Below are positions 1 through 9,187 of a stretch of DNA of 64,000 bases, one piece after another. The notes under the pieces were generated by a model. That model saw only the letters and a program-made list of their open reading frames with translations. It did no database searches and was not told the DNA's origin. The stretch comes from Verrucomicrobiota bacterium. Lineage in GTDB: Bacteria > Verrucomicrobiota > Verrucomicrobiia > Limisphaerales > AAA164-E04. A program made the position numbers and the translations under genes. Every line of letters starts with the position of its first letter. Positions within the stretch are counted from its first letter, which is position 1. The stretch is from positions 5,183,641 to 5,247,640 of the forward strand of contig CP170459.1 of the NCBI GenBank assembly GCA_047947115.1, written 5' to 3'.

Positions 1-805
1 CCTTGATCGCGGCATTGGCGGCTTCCCAACTGGCCGGGTTTCCAATGCGAATGGCGGTGGCCAGGGTTTCCGGCTTGTCGTAGGGGTGGCCGTCCACGAT
101 GGGCGCGGCACCCGCAGCCTGGTAACCGCACATTTTGGGGGTTTGTGAGGCGATCCCGGCAGCATGAAACTCCTGAAAACCTCTCCAGTAAGCGGTGATG
201 TTTCCGGCGTTGCCGACGGGAAGAAAGTGAAAATCAGGGGCGCGACCCAATTGATCACAGATCTCGAAAGAAGCTGTTTTCTGGCCTTCAATCCGGACAG
301 GATTGATGCTGTTGACGACCTCCACCTTGCCCGTTTCGCCCAGCTCACGAACGATGCGGAGGGCGTCGTCAAAGTTGCCATTAATGGCGATGGTTTGAGC
401 CCCATACATCAGGGCCTGAGCCAGTTTGCCCATGGCGATATTACCGTTGGGCAACAGCACCACGCATTTAAGATTTGCCCTTGCCGCATAGGCAGCAGCG
501 GAAGCGGAGGTGTTGCCGGTACTGGCACAGATCACGACTTCGGCCCCTTTTTCCTTGGCCTTGCTGATGGCCATGGTCATGCCCCGGTCCTTGAAGGAAC
601 AAGTCGGGTTCAAGCCCTCGTATTTCAGATAAAGATCAAACTCACCTCCAATGGCCCGGACGAAGTTCTCGGCCTTGATCAAAGGCGTGTTGCCTTCATT
701 CAGGGAGATCACCGGAGTGGTTTCACTGACCGGCAAGTAGGATGAATATTGCCGGATGAGTCCTTGCCAATAGGGTATGGATGGGTGTGCGGATGGCGTT
801 TGCAT
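1..805 (-). CDS. thrC: threonine synthase, partial (C-terminal part lies outside the window)
   Basis: Not in the ORF track because it is open at the window edge. Reverse-strand translation from ATG at 803-805 gives [95 protein letters not shown]. It contains the SFKDRG PLP-lysine motif of ThrC. The start lies 4 nt downstream of the hom stop (hom-thrC order). The + ORF 164..745 is its antisense shadow. Confidence 0.88.
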   Translation of the reverse strand, partial: MQTPSAHPSIPYWQGLIRQYSSYLPVSETTPVISLNEGNTPLIKAENFVRAIGGEFDLYLKYEGLNPTCSFKDRGMTMAISKAKEKGAEVVICASTGNTSASAAAYAARANLKCVVLLPNGNIAMGKLAQALMYGAQTIAINGNFDDALRIVRELGETGKVEVVNSINPVRIEGQKTASFEICDQLGRAPDFHFLPVGNAGNITAYWRGFQEFHAAGIASQTPKMCGYQAAGAAPIVDGHPYDKPETLATAIRIGNPASWEAANAAIK

Positions 806-809
806 GCAA

Positions 810-2126
810 TTATTCTTCAAAATTCTCGACCCGGATGACCTTGGGTTGACCACGCACGACTTTGAGTTTCCGGATTTGCTTCACGGCAGTCTCCATGGCA
901 CCAACCTTGGCATCATGCACCATCAAAATCAGGGGAACCATGTTTCCTTCATGGCCTTCCGGCTGGATGATGGATGAGATACCGATCTTGGCTTCAGCCA
1001 GGATGGCTGCGATCTGGGACATGGTACCAGGCCGGTCCACGACATTCAATCGCAGATAAAAAGGCGACACGGTTTCTTCCCAGGGAGAGACGGTACCGTC
1101 TTCCGCGTGCGGGCTGAAGGGTGGAATCCGGTTGTGAGTCTGGTGTTTCAGGTCCAATGCAGCATCGGCCAGATCACTGACCACCGCGCTGGCGGTCGCA
1201 TCCTGGCCTGCCCCACGACCGTAATAAAGCGTTTCACCCACGATATCCCCTCCGATGTAAACCGCATTGAAGACATCCTGCACTCCGGCCAGAACATGCC
1301 CCTTGGGCACCAAGGTGGGGCATACTGAAATCTGAACCGCATTGGAGGCCTTTGTTCCAGCCAGGGGTTTGATGCTAGCCAGCAACTTGATGCCGTAGCC
1401 AAGTTGATCGGCAAACTGAATATCCTGCTGAGAGATGTCCCGGATGCCCTCAACGTGGATCTGCTCCGGCGGAATCCAAAAGCCATGAGCCAATGATCCC
1501 AGAATGCCTGCTTTGTGCATCGCATCGAAGCCATCCACATCGAGCGAAGGCTCTGCTTCGGCATACCCCAGGCGCTGGGCATCCTCCAACACACTTTGAA
1601 AATCACAACCCTCCCGTTTCATACGAGTGAGGATGTAGTTGCAGGTACCGTTCAGGATGCCGTAAATGTAAGGAAACTGGTTCCCAATGAGTCCTTCGCG
1701 AAGCACTTTGATGATGGGGATGCCACCCGCCACACTGGCTTCGTAATAGAGATTGGTGCCATTCTGGTTGGCCAGCGAGAACAATTCCTCGCCATGTTCG
1801 GACAAGAGGGCTTTGTTGGCGGTCACCACGGGTTTTCCCTGAGACAAGGCGCGTTTGACAATCTGACGGGCTATTTTAACCCCGCCGACCAGTTCCACGA
1901 CCAGATCGGTCTTCGGATCGTCCACGACCGGTTTCCATTCGGTGGAGAGGTGTTTTCTGGCAATTTGGACGTTGCGCTTCTTTTTGAGGTCACGCACGAC
2001 AACGTTGCGGACCGACAAGCCGATACCCAGACGAGAAGCGATCAGGCGACCGTTTCGTTTCAATGCCTGGTATACGCCGCCGCCGACCGTTCCTCCGCCG
2101 ATGATTGCAACATTTATTTGTCCCAT
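810..2126 (-). CDS. hom: homoserine dehydrogenase
   Basis: ORF 810..2297. The likely true start is [18 protein letters not shown] (ATG 2124-2126, Rossmann GxGxxG). A C-terminal ACT-like domain is present ([28 protein letters not shown]). thrC lies immediately downstream. Confidence 0.9.
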   Translation of the reverse strand: MGQINVAIIGGGTVGGGVYQALKRNGRLIASRLGIGLSVRNVVVRDLKKKRNVQIARKHLSTEWKPVVDDPKTDLVVELVGGVKIARQIVKRALSQGKPVVTANKALLSEHGEELFSLANQNGTNLYYEASVAGGIPIIKVLREGLIGNQFPYIYGILNGTCNYILTRMKREGCDFQSVLEDAQRLGYAEAEPSLDVDGFDAMHKAGILGSLAHGFWIPPEQIHVEGIRDISQQDIQFADQLGYGIKLLASIKPLAGTKASNAVQISVCPTLVPKGHVLAGVQDVFNAVYIGGDIVGETLYYGRGAGQDATASAVVSDLADAALDLKHQTHNRIPPFSPHAEDGTVSPWEETVSPFYLRLNVVDRPGTMSQIAAILAEAKIGISSIIQPEGHEGNMVPLILMVHDAKVGAMETAVKQIRKLKVVRGQPKVIRVENFEE

Positions 2127-2251
2127 AAAAACAAAGGAAATGAAATTGCACGATTCCCAATGCGCCGACAAATGCAAAATGCATAAAAATCGATCCAAAA
2201 GGGAAAAATCTTTATGAAATTCCATTTTCACATAGATTCCACTCCTTTCAA

Positions 2252-3016
2252 TTGAGTGAAATGGACCGGACCACACACATGAACCCATCAAACACACCTT
2301 CCGTTCTCCTGGGAAAACTGACTCGGAGAGAGTTCCGAAACAGGATGCAAAGCGGAGAACTCAAAGCCTGCATCCTTCCCCTGGCAGCCATGGAACAACA
2401 CCTGGAGCACATGGCCATGGAACACGACTGGCGCAGTGTCAACGTGATGGCAAACCTGACCGCCGAACGATTATCCCCACGGGTGCTGGTTGCCGAAGGC
2501 CTGATGGCGGGCATCAGCGAACACCACATGACGCACCCTGGCACCCTGACTCTCAAGCCGGGCACTTTTTTGGCTGTGGTATCCGATTTGATCGAAAGCC
2601 TGGTGCGGGCAGGATTCAGAAACATCCTGGTCCTGAACGGACATGGCGGCAATGTCATCCCCTGCCAACAAACCTGGGACCAGTTTTTACGGTATTTCCA
2701 GATCAACCTGCATTTCATGTCCTATTGGGACGTGCTGACACAGCAAGACGCTGTGGAATTACTCACCTCCGGTCATCGACTTCCAGATGACCTACCCGGC
2801 CATGCCCAGGAATTCGAAACATCGGTGGCGCTGAAATGGTTTCCGGAAAACGTCAGACAAGACGCTCTGTCGGATCAGGCAGACCCGACTCCGGCCACCG
2901 CAACACTGGAAAAAGGCGAGGCATTTACACAGAGGATTGTGGACCGCCTGGTGGATTACCTGAGAGACATGATCGAAGGCAAACGCGTTCAACCCGTCCC
3001 CCCGTTTCATCCGTGA
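2252..3016 (+). CDS. creatininase-family amidohydrolase
   Basis: 254-aa ORF with LVLNGHGGNV and metal-ligand-like ISEHH / GHAQEFETS segments typical of the creatininase fold. The start could instead be the internal Met at 2279 (MNPSN). Confidence 0.65.
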   Translation: MSEMDRTTHMNPSNTPSVLLGKLTRREFRNRMQSGELKACILPLAAMEQHLEHMAMEHDWRSVNVMANLTAERLSPRVLVAEGLMAGISEHHMTHPGTLTLKPGTFLAVVSDLIESLVRAGFRNILVLNGHGGNVIPCQQTWDQFLRYFQINLHFMSYWDVLTQQDAVELLTSGHRLPDDLPGHAQEFETSVALKWFPENVRQDALSDQADPTPATATLEKGEAFTQRIVDRLVDYLRDMIEGKRVQPVPPFHP

Positions 3017-3023
3017 TGTTTCG

Positions 3024-3773
3024 TTAAGAATAAGACCACCCGCGATCAGCGAGGATTTCCTGACCAGTCAAAGCGCTACTTGCTTCCGAAGCCAGAAACA
3101 GGGCGACCTGAGCGATTTCAGCTGGTTGCAAGAGTTCCGGCATGCACTGGGCTTTTCGTATCATCTTCTTGACCGAGGCATCCACGAATTGTTTGAGCTG
3201 ACGCTCGGTCATGATCCAGCCGGGAGACAGAGTGTTCACCCGAACGCCTTTGGGACCTAATTCCCGGGCCAATGACCTGGTAAAACCGATAATACCTCCC
3301 TTGGTGGAAACATAGGCGGTCATGGGAGTTGGCCCGATATGAAAGGTGATGCTGGCGAAATTGACAATGGAAGCACCTTTCTTCAACCAGGGCAGCGCCG
3401 ATTGCACGGTTAAAAAGTAAGCCCTCAGGTTTCGGGCAAACAAATCATCCCATTGCTTGCTCGTCATGGATTCAAATTCAATTCTCGGATCCGAAGCGGC
3501 ATTGTTGATGACGACGTCGACCCTGCCTTCCTTCTCCCCCACCTGCTTTGCCCAGGATCGAATGGAGGTTTCACGCTCGAGATTCAACTTCCTGAACACC
3601 GCCTGCCCTTGGGTGGATTGAGCCAGTTTTCGACCGGCCTCTTCATCCAGATCACAAAAATAAACCCTGGAGCCCTGTTGGGAGAACGACTCGACCATGG
3701 AAGCCCCGATCCCGTTGGCTCCCCCGGTGATCAGCACCACCTTGCCGGAAAGATCCTGATAAACCGTGGCCAT
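3024..3773 (-). CDS. short-chain dehydrogenase/reductase (SDR)
   Basis: 249 aa with the TGGANGIG cofactor loop, NNAAS, and catalytic YVSTK (Yx3K). Confidence 0.85.
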   Translation of the reverse strand: MATVYQDLSGKVVLITGGANGIGASMVESFSQQGSRVYFCDLDEEAGRKLAQSTQGQAVFRKLNLERETSIRSWAKQVGEKEGRVDVVINNAASDPRIEFESMTSKQWDDLFARNLRAYFLTVQSALPWLKKGASIVNFASITFHIGPTPMTAYVSTKGGIIGFTRSLARELGPKGVRVNTLSPGWIMTERQLKQFVDASVKKMIRKAQCMPELLQPAEIAQVALFLASEASSALTGQEILADRGWSYS

Positions 3774-3779
3774 AAACCA

Positions 3780-4697
3780 TTATTCGTCGAGCCCGAAAAT
3801 CGCGTGGGCAAATTCGCGGGCGACAAAGGGTTGAAGGTCATCGGGCTGTTCGCCGACACCGATGAATTTGACCGGTATTTTCAGTTCGTTCTGAATGGCA
3901 ACCACCATGCCCGCTTTGCTGGTTCCGTCCAGCTTGGTGATCACCAGTCCGGTCAAGGGCACTGCTTTGTTAAATTCCCGGGCCTGATTCAAGGCATTCA
4001 TCCCGGTGGTGGCATCCAGAACAAGCAACGTCTCATGAGGGGCGCCTTCGAGTTTTTTACCCATCACGCGGTGCACCTTTTGAAGTTCCTGCATCAAATT
4101 ATGCTTGGTATGCAGACGTCCCGCCGTATCGATGAGCAGATAATCCGAGTTCTTGGAAAGAGCAGAAGAAACAGCGTCATGAGCCACGGCAGCCGGGTCG
4201 GCACCGTAATCCCCCATCGTCAAGGGCACATCAAGTCGCTCGCTCCAAACTTTCAACTGGTCAATGGCAGCCGCCCGAAAGGTGTCGCAAGCAGCCATGC
4301 CAACAGTTTTGCCTTGAAGTTTCAGTCGATTGGCCAACTTCGCACAGGTGGTGGTTTTGCCGGTTCCGTTGACACCCACCATGGAAATGACGGTCAGGTC
4401 GTCCCCTTGATCCAGCAAGGAAGGATCGCCGGAGGACAAAGCCCTTTCCACCTCATCGGCAGCCACTTTGACAAAATCGAATTCGCCTTTTCCCTTGGAT
4501 TCATAGGCTTTGCGCGTAGCCTCGATGATCCTCAGGGTCATGGTCATGCCAAAATCGGCTGACAGCAGAGCCGCCTCCAATTCCTCAGCGCTGTCGGCCG
4601 TCAGTTTAGGAGACCGCGTGACTATACGCTTGATCTCGTGGACCAGTTTGTTCTGGGTTCTGCCCAGACGCTCCTTTAGTTTTTGAAAAAATCCCAT
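3780..4697 (-). CDS. ftsY: signal recognition particle receptor FtsY (NG-only short form)
   Basis: ORF 3780..4739. The conserved N-terminus MGFFQKLKERL starts at ATG 4695-4697. GTPase motifs are GVNGTGKTTT, DTAGR and TKLDGTSKAG. Confidence 0.9.
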   Translation of the reverse strand: MGFFQKLKERLGRTQNKLVHEIKRIVTRSPKLTADSAEELEAALLSADFGMTMTLRIIEATRKAYESKGKGEFDFVKVAADEVERALSSGDPSLLDQGDDLTVISMVGVNGTGKTTTCAKLANRLKLQGKTVGMAACDTFRAAAIDQLKVWSERLDVPLTMGDYGADPAAVAHDAVSSALSKNSDYLLIDTAGRLHTKHNLMQELQKVHRVMGKKLEGAPHETLLVLDATTGMNALNQAREFNKAVPLTGLVITKLDGTSKAGMVVAIQNELKIPVKFIGVGEQPDDLQPFVAREFAHAIFGLDE

Positions 4698-4726
4698 CGT
4701 TTTGCTGATTGAATCGTCAACAGCGC

Positions 4727-5578
4727 TTAGATAACGCATGCAACGGCGGATTGTCCATGTTCTTTATTCCCGAGCGCTTCCGCAAACAACTCGAAACCGG
4801 CTTCCGGCAACATGGTTTTTCCCATGCGGGGTCCGCCTGAAATGAGACCGTGACAATCGGATCCACCCGTCGCCACCAATCGGTGTTTGGTCGCAAAATA
4901 CAGGTATTTCTTAACCAAACTGGGTTTGTGGGCGGTATGATAAACTTCCAGCCCATCGAGCCCCTGACTGGCCAAATCCACCACCGACTCATTGGACACC
5001 CCCAACCCTGGGTGAGCCAGTACCGCCATCCCATGATCGGCATGAACCGCCCGAATCATCTCGGAAGTGGAAGGATATTCGGATGCCACCCACCCGGGTT
5101 TGCCTTCACGCAGAAATTTGCGGAAGGCATGACTGACATGGCTGACCACCCCGTGCGCCACCAACGCCCGCGCCACATGCGGTCTTCCCGGCGCATCACA
5201 CTGGATTCCCGACAAAACCGCATCAGCATCCCAGTCAATACCATGTTCTGTGAGACGGCGCACCATCCGGTGCACTCGGTCTTGACGGCGTTTCTGGAAA
5301 TCCCTTAGCTTTTCCTTCAGGGCATCCAATTCCGGGTGAAGAAAATATCCCAGAAGGTGCACCTCTTCGCCCCGGTGTCTGGTTGACAACTCAATGCCTG
5401 GAATCCACCGAATCCCCTGCCGTGCACAGCACTGCTGCATTTCGGTCCAACCATCTGTCGTGTCGTGATCCGTGAGCGACAACGCGCGAAGCCCCAGTTC
5501 CGATGCACGCCGCACAATTTCCTCAGGCGAAAACGTACCATCCGAAAAATGGCTGTGCAAATGGAGATCCGCTGACAT
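4727..5578 (-). CDS. PHP-domain metal-dependent phosphoesterase (TrpH/YciV-like)
   Basis: 283 aa with the N-terminal [11 protein letters not shown] His cluster and further His/Asp ligands (HPG, GGSDCHG). The start overlaps the nusB stop by 1 nt (TAATG). Confidence 0.75.
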   Translation of the reverse strand: MSADLHLHSHFSDGTFSPEEIVRRASELGLRALSLTDHDTTDGWTEMQQCCARQGIRWIPGIELSTRHRGEEVHLLGYFLHPELDALKEKLRDFQKRRQDRVHRMVRRLTEHGIDWDADAVLSGIQCDAPGRPHVARALVAHGVVSHVSHAFRKFLREGKPGWVASEYPSTSEMIRAVHADHGMAVLAHPGLGVSNESVVDLASQGLDGLEVYHTAHKPSLVKKYLYFATKHRLVATGGSDCHGLISGGPRMGKTMLPEAGFELFAEALGNKEHGQSAVACVI

Positions 5579-6102
5579 TAAGGCGTGTCGGGCTTTTTGA
5601 TCGGTGTGCGCGAAGGACGCAAAATGTCCTGACGCACACGATCGAGGATACCATTGACAAATTTGCCGCTATCCTTGGTCGAAAATCGCTTCGCAATCTC
5701 GATGGCCTCGTTCAAGCTGACCACGGGCGGGATGTCCTCCCGGAAAAACAACTCATAAACCGCCATGCGCAACACATTGCGATCCACGACAGCCATTCGT
5801 TTCATATCCCAGTTGCGGATGTACTTCTGCAATTTCAGATCCAGTTCCTCGCGATGCTCCAAAACCCCTCGAATCAATGCTTCTGCAAATACCCTCAAGG
5901 AGGCGTCACGCGTTGTTGGCGGAGGAAGTTCAATCTCTTTGCCCCAGGTTGCCTTGCCCCGTTCGTAATCCGATTCGGAAAGCCGATGTGTGTCCCAGAA
6001 CTGGTTCAAGCTTTGAGCCAGCTCCATGCCGTCGCCCGGATTAAGATCATATTGAAACAGGAACTGAATCGCCCGTTCGCGCGCTTCTCTTCTTAAGCCC
6101 AT
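5578..6102 (-). CDS. nusB: transcription antitermination factor NusB
   Basis: 174 aa, [18 protein letters not shown] and [31 protein letters not shown] are the NusB signature. Confidence 0.87.
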   Translation of the reverse strand: MGLRREARERAIQFLFQYDLNPGDGMELAQSLNQFWDTHRLSESDYERGKATWGKEIELPPPTTRDASLRVFAEALIRGVLEHREELDLKLQKYIRNWDMKRMAVVDRNVLRMAVYELFFREDIPPVVSLNEAIEIAKRFSTKDSGKFVNGILDRVRQDILRPSRTPIKKPDTP

Positions 6103-6219
6103 GATATGTCAGGTTTCATGTTGTTACACTCCCACATCCCGTGATGAAGCACCAGACCACCTGCTCTTGCCCGAGCTGGCAGAAAAATCCGATTCATCAT
6201 GACTTGCGGGAGCCGGTCA

Positions 6220-7368
6220 CTAATACTTGGGCACAGAGGAATCAATTTCCTCAGACCAGGCGGTGATGCCACCTTTGACACTCTTGAGATGCTTGAAGCC
6301 CTGCTGACGCAGAAAGGCAAGCGCTTTCATGGAGCGCACACCCGCTTTGCAGTGGATGTAATAGCTTTGGTTTGGGTCCAGATCGGTAAATTTCTCATGC
6401 AATGTACTCAGTGGCACCAGTGTCACATCTTTGACACGCGCAATCTGGTATTCGTCCTGCTCCCTAACATCGATCACTTTGATGTTGCGAGATGTATCTT
6501 CCAAAGCTTTCTTCATGTCCTGCACCGTGACCTCGTCGGGATGCGCACCCGGATCTTGGGGTTCATCCGGAATACCGCAAAATTGCTCGTAATCGATCAG
6601 TTCCGTGATACTCGGGTTGTCGCCACAGATGGGACACTTGGGATCGCGACGCAATTTGAGTTCGCGAAACTTCATGTCCAGCGCGTTGTAGGTCATCAGA
6701 CGTCCGATCATTTTCTCACCGGCATCCAGGGCCAGTTTGATGATTTCAGTGGACTGAAGACAACCGATCACACCGGGTAAAACACCCAAAACACCACCCT
6801 CGGCACAACTAGGAACCATACCAGGAGGAGGGGGTTCGGGATACAGACATCGATAGCAAGGCCCCCCCAAGTGAGGAGCGAATACGCTCAGTTGCCCTTC
6901 AAACCGGAAGATACTGCCGTAAACATTGGGTTTCTTCAGCAACACGCAGGCATCGTTGGTCAGGTAACGGGTCGGGAAATTATCGGTTCCATCCACCACA
7001 ATGTCGTAATCCTTGATGATATCCAGAGCGTTCTCGCTGGAAAGCCGGGTGTTGTGGATGACGACTTCGGTATTCGGATTGATCTCGGCGAGTGTTTCCT
7101 GGGCCGAAACTGCCTTGGGGCGATCCACATCCTTAGTGCCATGGATGATTTGGCGCTGGAGATTCGAAAAATCAACCCGATCAAAGTCCACAATTCCGAT
7201 CTTGCCTATACCCGCGGCCGCCAGATACATGGCGATGGGAGACCCCAAGCCACCCGCGCCAATGCACAATACGGAAGAACCCTTGAGTTTCTTTTGCCCA
7301 GCCATCCCGACCTCAGGCAGGATGAGATGGCGCGAATAACGTCGTATTTCGTCGTTTGTCAATTGCAT
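6220..7368 (-). CDS. moeB: MoeB/ThiF-type adenylyltransferase with C-terminal rhodanese domain (MoeZ-like)
   Basis: 382 aa with the GAGGLGSP nucleotide loop, Zn-type Cys pairs (CYRC, CPIC), and a C-terminal rhodanese domain with active-site CKAGVRS. Confidence 0.82.
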   Translation of the reverse strand: MQLTNDEIRRYSRHLILPEVGMAGQKKLKGSSVLCIGAGGLGSPIAMYLAAAGIGKIGIVDFDRVDFSNLQRQIIHGTKDVDRPKAVSAQETLAEINPNTEVVIHNTRLSSENALDIIKDYDIVVDGTDNFPTRYLTNDACVLLKKPNVYGSIFRFEGQLSVFAPHLGGPCYRCLYPEPPPPGMVPSCAEGGVLGVLPGVIGCLQSTEIIKLALDAGEKMIGRLMTYNALDMKFRELKLRRDPKCPICGDNPSITELIDYEQFCGIPDEPQDPGAHPDEVTVQDMKKALEDTSRNIKVIDVREQDEYQIARVKDVTLVPLSTLHEKFTDLDPNQSYYIHCKAGVRSMKALAFLRQQGFKHLKSVKGGITAWSEEIDSSVPKY

Positions 7369-7572
7369 ATCGCCTTGTCAATCAGGCGGCCATCTTAACG
7401 CACATGTATGACAAATCAAGGGCGGCGCACAAAAAAGAATGACCAGATACCAAACCCGGGAGGCATGTCGAATGCTTTGCCCATGGATCACCAAGGTTTC
7501 TCCCAGGTTTAGTGCAACTCGTTGACGGAGCCGCTTGACTTGGAGTCAGGGCTTTCCTAGCCTCGCTGTTAC

Positions 7573-8613
7573 ATGAAGAAGAGATGGATCATAATGTGTC
7601 TCACCGCATTCCTAACCGCCGGCATCCCCTACCGTTGCCCTGCGCCCCTGATCTTCACCCCGGGTGAAGGCTGGAGCTACGAAACACCGGGAAGCGCCGG
7701 GGAGTGGATGCGCGACCGTGCGGAAGACCAGCTGAACGCCGCGCAGGAGTTTTATGATCAACAAGATTACAAGACCGCGCTCAAAGCATCCAAACGCGTC
7801 ATCCGCCAATGGCCATTCTCCGATTTTGCCCCAGATGCACAATATCTCGCCGGCCTCACGTATGAGGCCATGAATAACGATGAGAAAGCGTTTAAGGAAT
7901 ACCAAAGACTCCTGGACAGTTATCCGACTTCCAAACACTACGAGGAATCCCTGAACCGCCAGTTTGAGATCACCAACAAATACCTGGCTGGAAAACGTTT
8001 TCGACTCTGGGGACTGTTCCCGCTCTATCGCTCCATGAGCAAAACGACCACGATGTATGAAAACCTGATTGAAAACGGCCCGTTCAGCGAGATTGCTCCC
8101 GACGCCCAGATGAACATCGGCGCGGCCAAGGAAAAACAAAAGAAATTCGCCGAAGCGGTCAAGGCTTACGAAAAGGCCGCCGACAAATACCACAAACAAC
8201 CCGGAGTGGTATCCAATGCGCTATACAAAGCAGGCATGGCCCTGCTTCAGGAAGCCCAAACTGCGGAGTATGATCAAGGCGCAGCTTCCAAGGCGGTGGA
8301 CGTTTTCACTGATTTCATCGCCTTGTTCCCGGATGACGAGCGTGTTGAGGACGCCAGAGGGCACATTGATGAACTGCGCATCGAACAAGCGCGCGGGAGT
8401 CTGATGGTCGCCCGTTTTTACGATAAAAAGGACGAGGTTGCCGGAGCACTGACTTATTATAACGATGTGGTGGATATTCTGAATCGCCTGTTGAACAATC
8501 CCGACCACCCTTTTGCAGTGGAAGCACGCGAGCGCATCACGGAACTGAGAAAAGACACACCGCAACCTGCTCAAACCGAATCCTCAGAAACAGCGGTCAT
8601 TTCGCGTTCATGA
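7573..8613 (+). CDS. bamD: outer membrane protein assembly factor BamD-like TPR lipoprotein
   Basis: 346 aa with a signal peptide and repeated TPR-like helices of the BamD/YfiO pattern (..AQEFYDQQDYKTAL.., ..ARFYDKKDEVAGAL..). ATGA overlap with the next gene. Confidence 0.62.
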   Translation: MKKRWIIMCLTAFLTAGIPYRCPAPLIFTPGEGWSYETPGSAGEWMRDRAEDQLNAAQEFYDQQDYKTALKASKRVIRQWPFSDFAPDAQYLAGLTYEAMNNDEKAFKEYQRLLDSYPTSKHYEESLNRQFEITNKYLAGKRFRLWGLFPLYRSMSKTTTMYENLIENGPFSEIAPDAQMNIGAAKEKQKKFAEAVKAYEKAADKYHKQPGVVSNALYKAGMALLQEAQTAEYDQGAASKAVDVFTDFIALFPDDERVEDARGHIDELRIEQARGSLMVARFYDKKDEVAGALTYYNDVVDILNRLLNNPDHPFAVEARERITELRKDTPQPAQTESSETAVISRS

Positions 8614-9137
8614 ATTCCCCTCAGAAAAAACTGGGCTGGCTGAGTTTGTGCCTCCTTGCCTGCCTGCTGGCTTCCGGTTGCGCCGGATACCGGCTGGGGT
8701 CAACCGGTGGATTTCAAGCGGGCTCCCGATCCATTCAGATCACCCCCTTCCCAAACCAAACCACCGAGCCCGGGTTGACCGAAGCCCTTTCCGCTGCCAT
8801 ACGCAAGGAAATCCAACGGGACGGAACACTCGCCCTGGAAACCCGTGATCGCGGTGACATCCTTCTGCAGGGAACCATCCAAACCTATTTGCGAGACGGC
8901 GTCACATTACAACCACAAGACATCCTCACCGTCAGAGATTTTCAAGTGAGTGTCGCAGCACAGGTCAAGGCCCTCGACCGCAATTCGGGAAAATGGATCC
9001 TGGATCGAAACGTCACCGGTCGCACTCTCGTCAGAGGCCAGACGGACCTGACCGAAGCTGAACGTATCGCCCTCCCTCTCCTGATGGAAGATCTGGCGCG
9101 GAATATCACCGACCTGCTTGTAAACGGTGAGTTTTAA
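8610..9137 (+). CDS. lptE: LPS-assembly lipoprotein LptE-like
   Basis: 175 aa with a signal peptide ending in lipobox-like LLASGC followed by AGYRLG (resembles the LptE C-G-[YW]-x-L start). Size and beta-rich pattern fit LptE. Translationally coupled to bamD (ATGA at 8610-8613). Confidence 0.58.
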   Translation: MNSPQKKLGWLSLCLLACLLASGCAGYRLGSTGGFQAGSRSIQITPFPNQTTEPGLTEALSAAIRKEIQRDGTLALETRDRGDILLQGTIQTYLRDGVTLQPQDILTVRDFQVSVAAQVKALDRNSGKWILDRNVTGRTLVRGQTDLTEAERIALPLLMEDLARNITDLLVNGEF

Positions 9138-9138
9138 A

Positions 9139-9187
9139 ATGGTGAATAATGAATAATGAATAATGAATGGTGAATGGTGAATGGTGA
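9139..9187. repeat. heptanucleotide tandem repeat, 7 units (ATGGTGA x1, ATAATGA x3, ATGGTGA x3)
   Basis: Read directly: atggtga ataatga ataatga ataatga atggtga atggtga atggtga. It lies between the lptE stop and the next ORF, and the called ATG (9174) is inside it. Confidence 0.95.

Noticed and set aside
164-745. Long ORFs antisense to well-supported genes. Examples: 164..745+, 1515..2186+, 3453..4562+, 9612..10337-, 13144..14202-, 14506..15246-, 15253..15903-, 17028..17930+, 21493..22395-, 31925..32650-, 34629..35291+, 36900..37613+, 37698..38651+, 38708..39511+, 46697..48118+, 50302..51354+, 51639..52406+, 56869..58326+.
   Set aside because: Each lies fully inside, and opposite to, a gene with clear family motifs. 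Their translations are low-complexity (Arg/Gly/His/Pro-rich) with no recognisable motifs. These are typical shadow ORFs in moderately GC-rich DNA.
2127-2297. N-terminal extensions of track ORFs: hom 2127-2297, ftsY 4698-4739, recQ 18504-18584, trpS 26832-26909, rplU 30988-31029, aldolase 32953-33000, DUF1549/1553 53283-53429.
   Set aside because: The conserved family N-termini start at internal Mets. The extensions are Cys/Trp/Phe-rich or run into repeats or upstream spacers.
9139-9187. Phase variation of the FG-GAP gene by heptad copy-number change.
   Set aside because: The only in-frame ATG (9174) is in the penultimate unit, at a fixed distance from the downstream ORF. Adding or removing upstream units therefore does not change the reading frame, and other ATGs in the array hit stops within a few codons.
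9139-9187. CRISPR array or other spacer-containing repeat.
   Set aside because: The units are only 7 nt and directly abutting, with no spacers. No cas genes lie in the window.
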